Notes under the pieces: generated by a model
Database searches by the model: none
What the model saw: the letters and a program-made list of their open reading frames with translations, nothing else
Told to the model about the DNA's origin: nothing
Shown: positions 63,941 through 64,000 of the stretch, piece by piece
Position numbering within the stretch: the first letter of the stretch is position 1
Layout: each line of letters starts with the position of its first letter
Translations under genes and position numbers: made by a program
Source: Nitrospirota bacterium
GTDB lineage: Bacteria > Nitrospirota > UBA9217
Reading direction: 5' to 3'
NCBI GenBank assembly: GCA_963818475.1
Contig: CAWFSF010000006.1
Coordinates: forward strand, 320,001-384,000
DNA: 64,000 nt

Positions 63941-64000
63941 GCTTTGATGTGTTCGTAGAAAGTCCTTTAAGCCGTCTTTGCGAGCAAAGCGAAGCAATCT

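Overview
Bacterial chromosomal window of roughly 55-60% GC, estimated by eye. Gene style suggests an anaerobic Nitrospirota- or Desulfobacterota-like lineage, which is an inference. Many housekeeping genes are split by single-base indels, most consistent with long-read assembly errors. Core content: nuoA-B-CD-E-F, fkpA, plsC, nagZ, hpt, a pilC-pilB-large secreted protein-pseudopilin locus, HDAC, ispB, trpS, tRNA-Ala(CGC), purNM, a long yceD-rpmF-plsX-fabH-(acd-etfB-etfA)-fabD-fabG-acpP-fabF-rnc operon, bioA, degP, yebC-ruvCAB, queH, a SpoIID/LytB gene and TPR genes. Accessory content: (i) a tandem island remnant at the hpt 3' end, with three copies of the hpt tail, two different type I R-M remnants, an IS481-like element with a 6-bp target duplication, and a TA pair; (ii) an integrase-less integron cassette array with a group II intron remnant in an attC; (iii) a DUF559 endonuclease gene flanked by hairpins inside the nuo operon; (iv) many periodic palindromic intergenic elements, including a 198-bp tandem unit that carries a copy of the pilB 3' end. 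The most intriguing observation is an electron-bifurcating-type acyl-CoA dehydrogenase/EtfBA module embedded in the FAS II operon, which has no fabI/fabK/fabV. It is a candidate for a new type of enoyl-ACP reductase.
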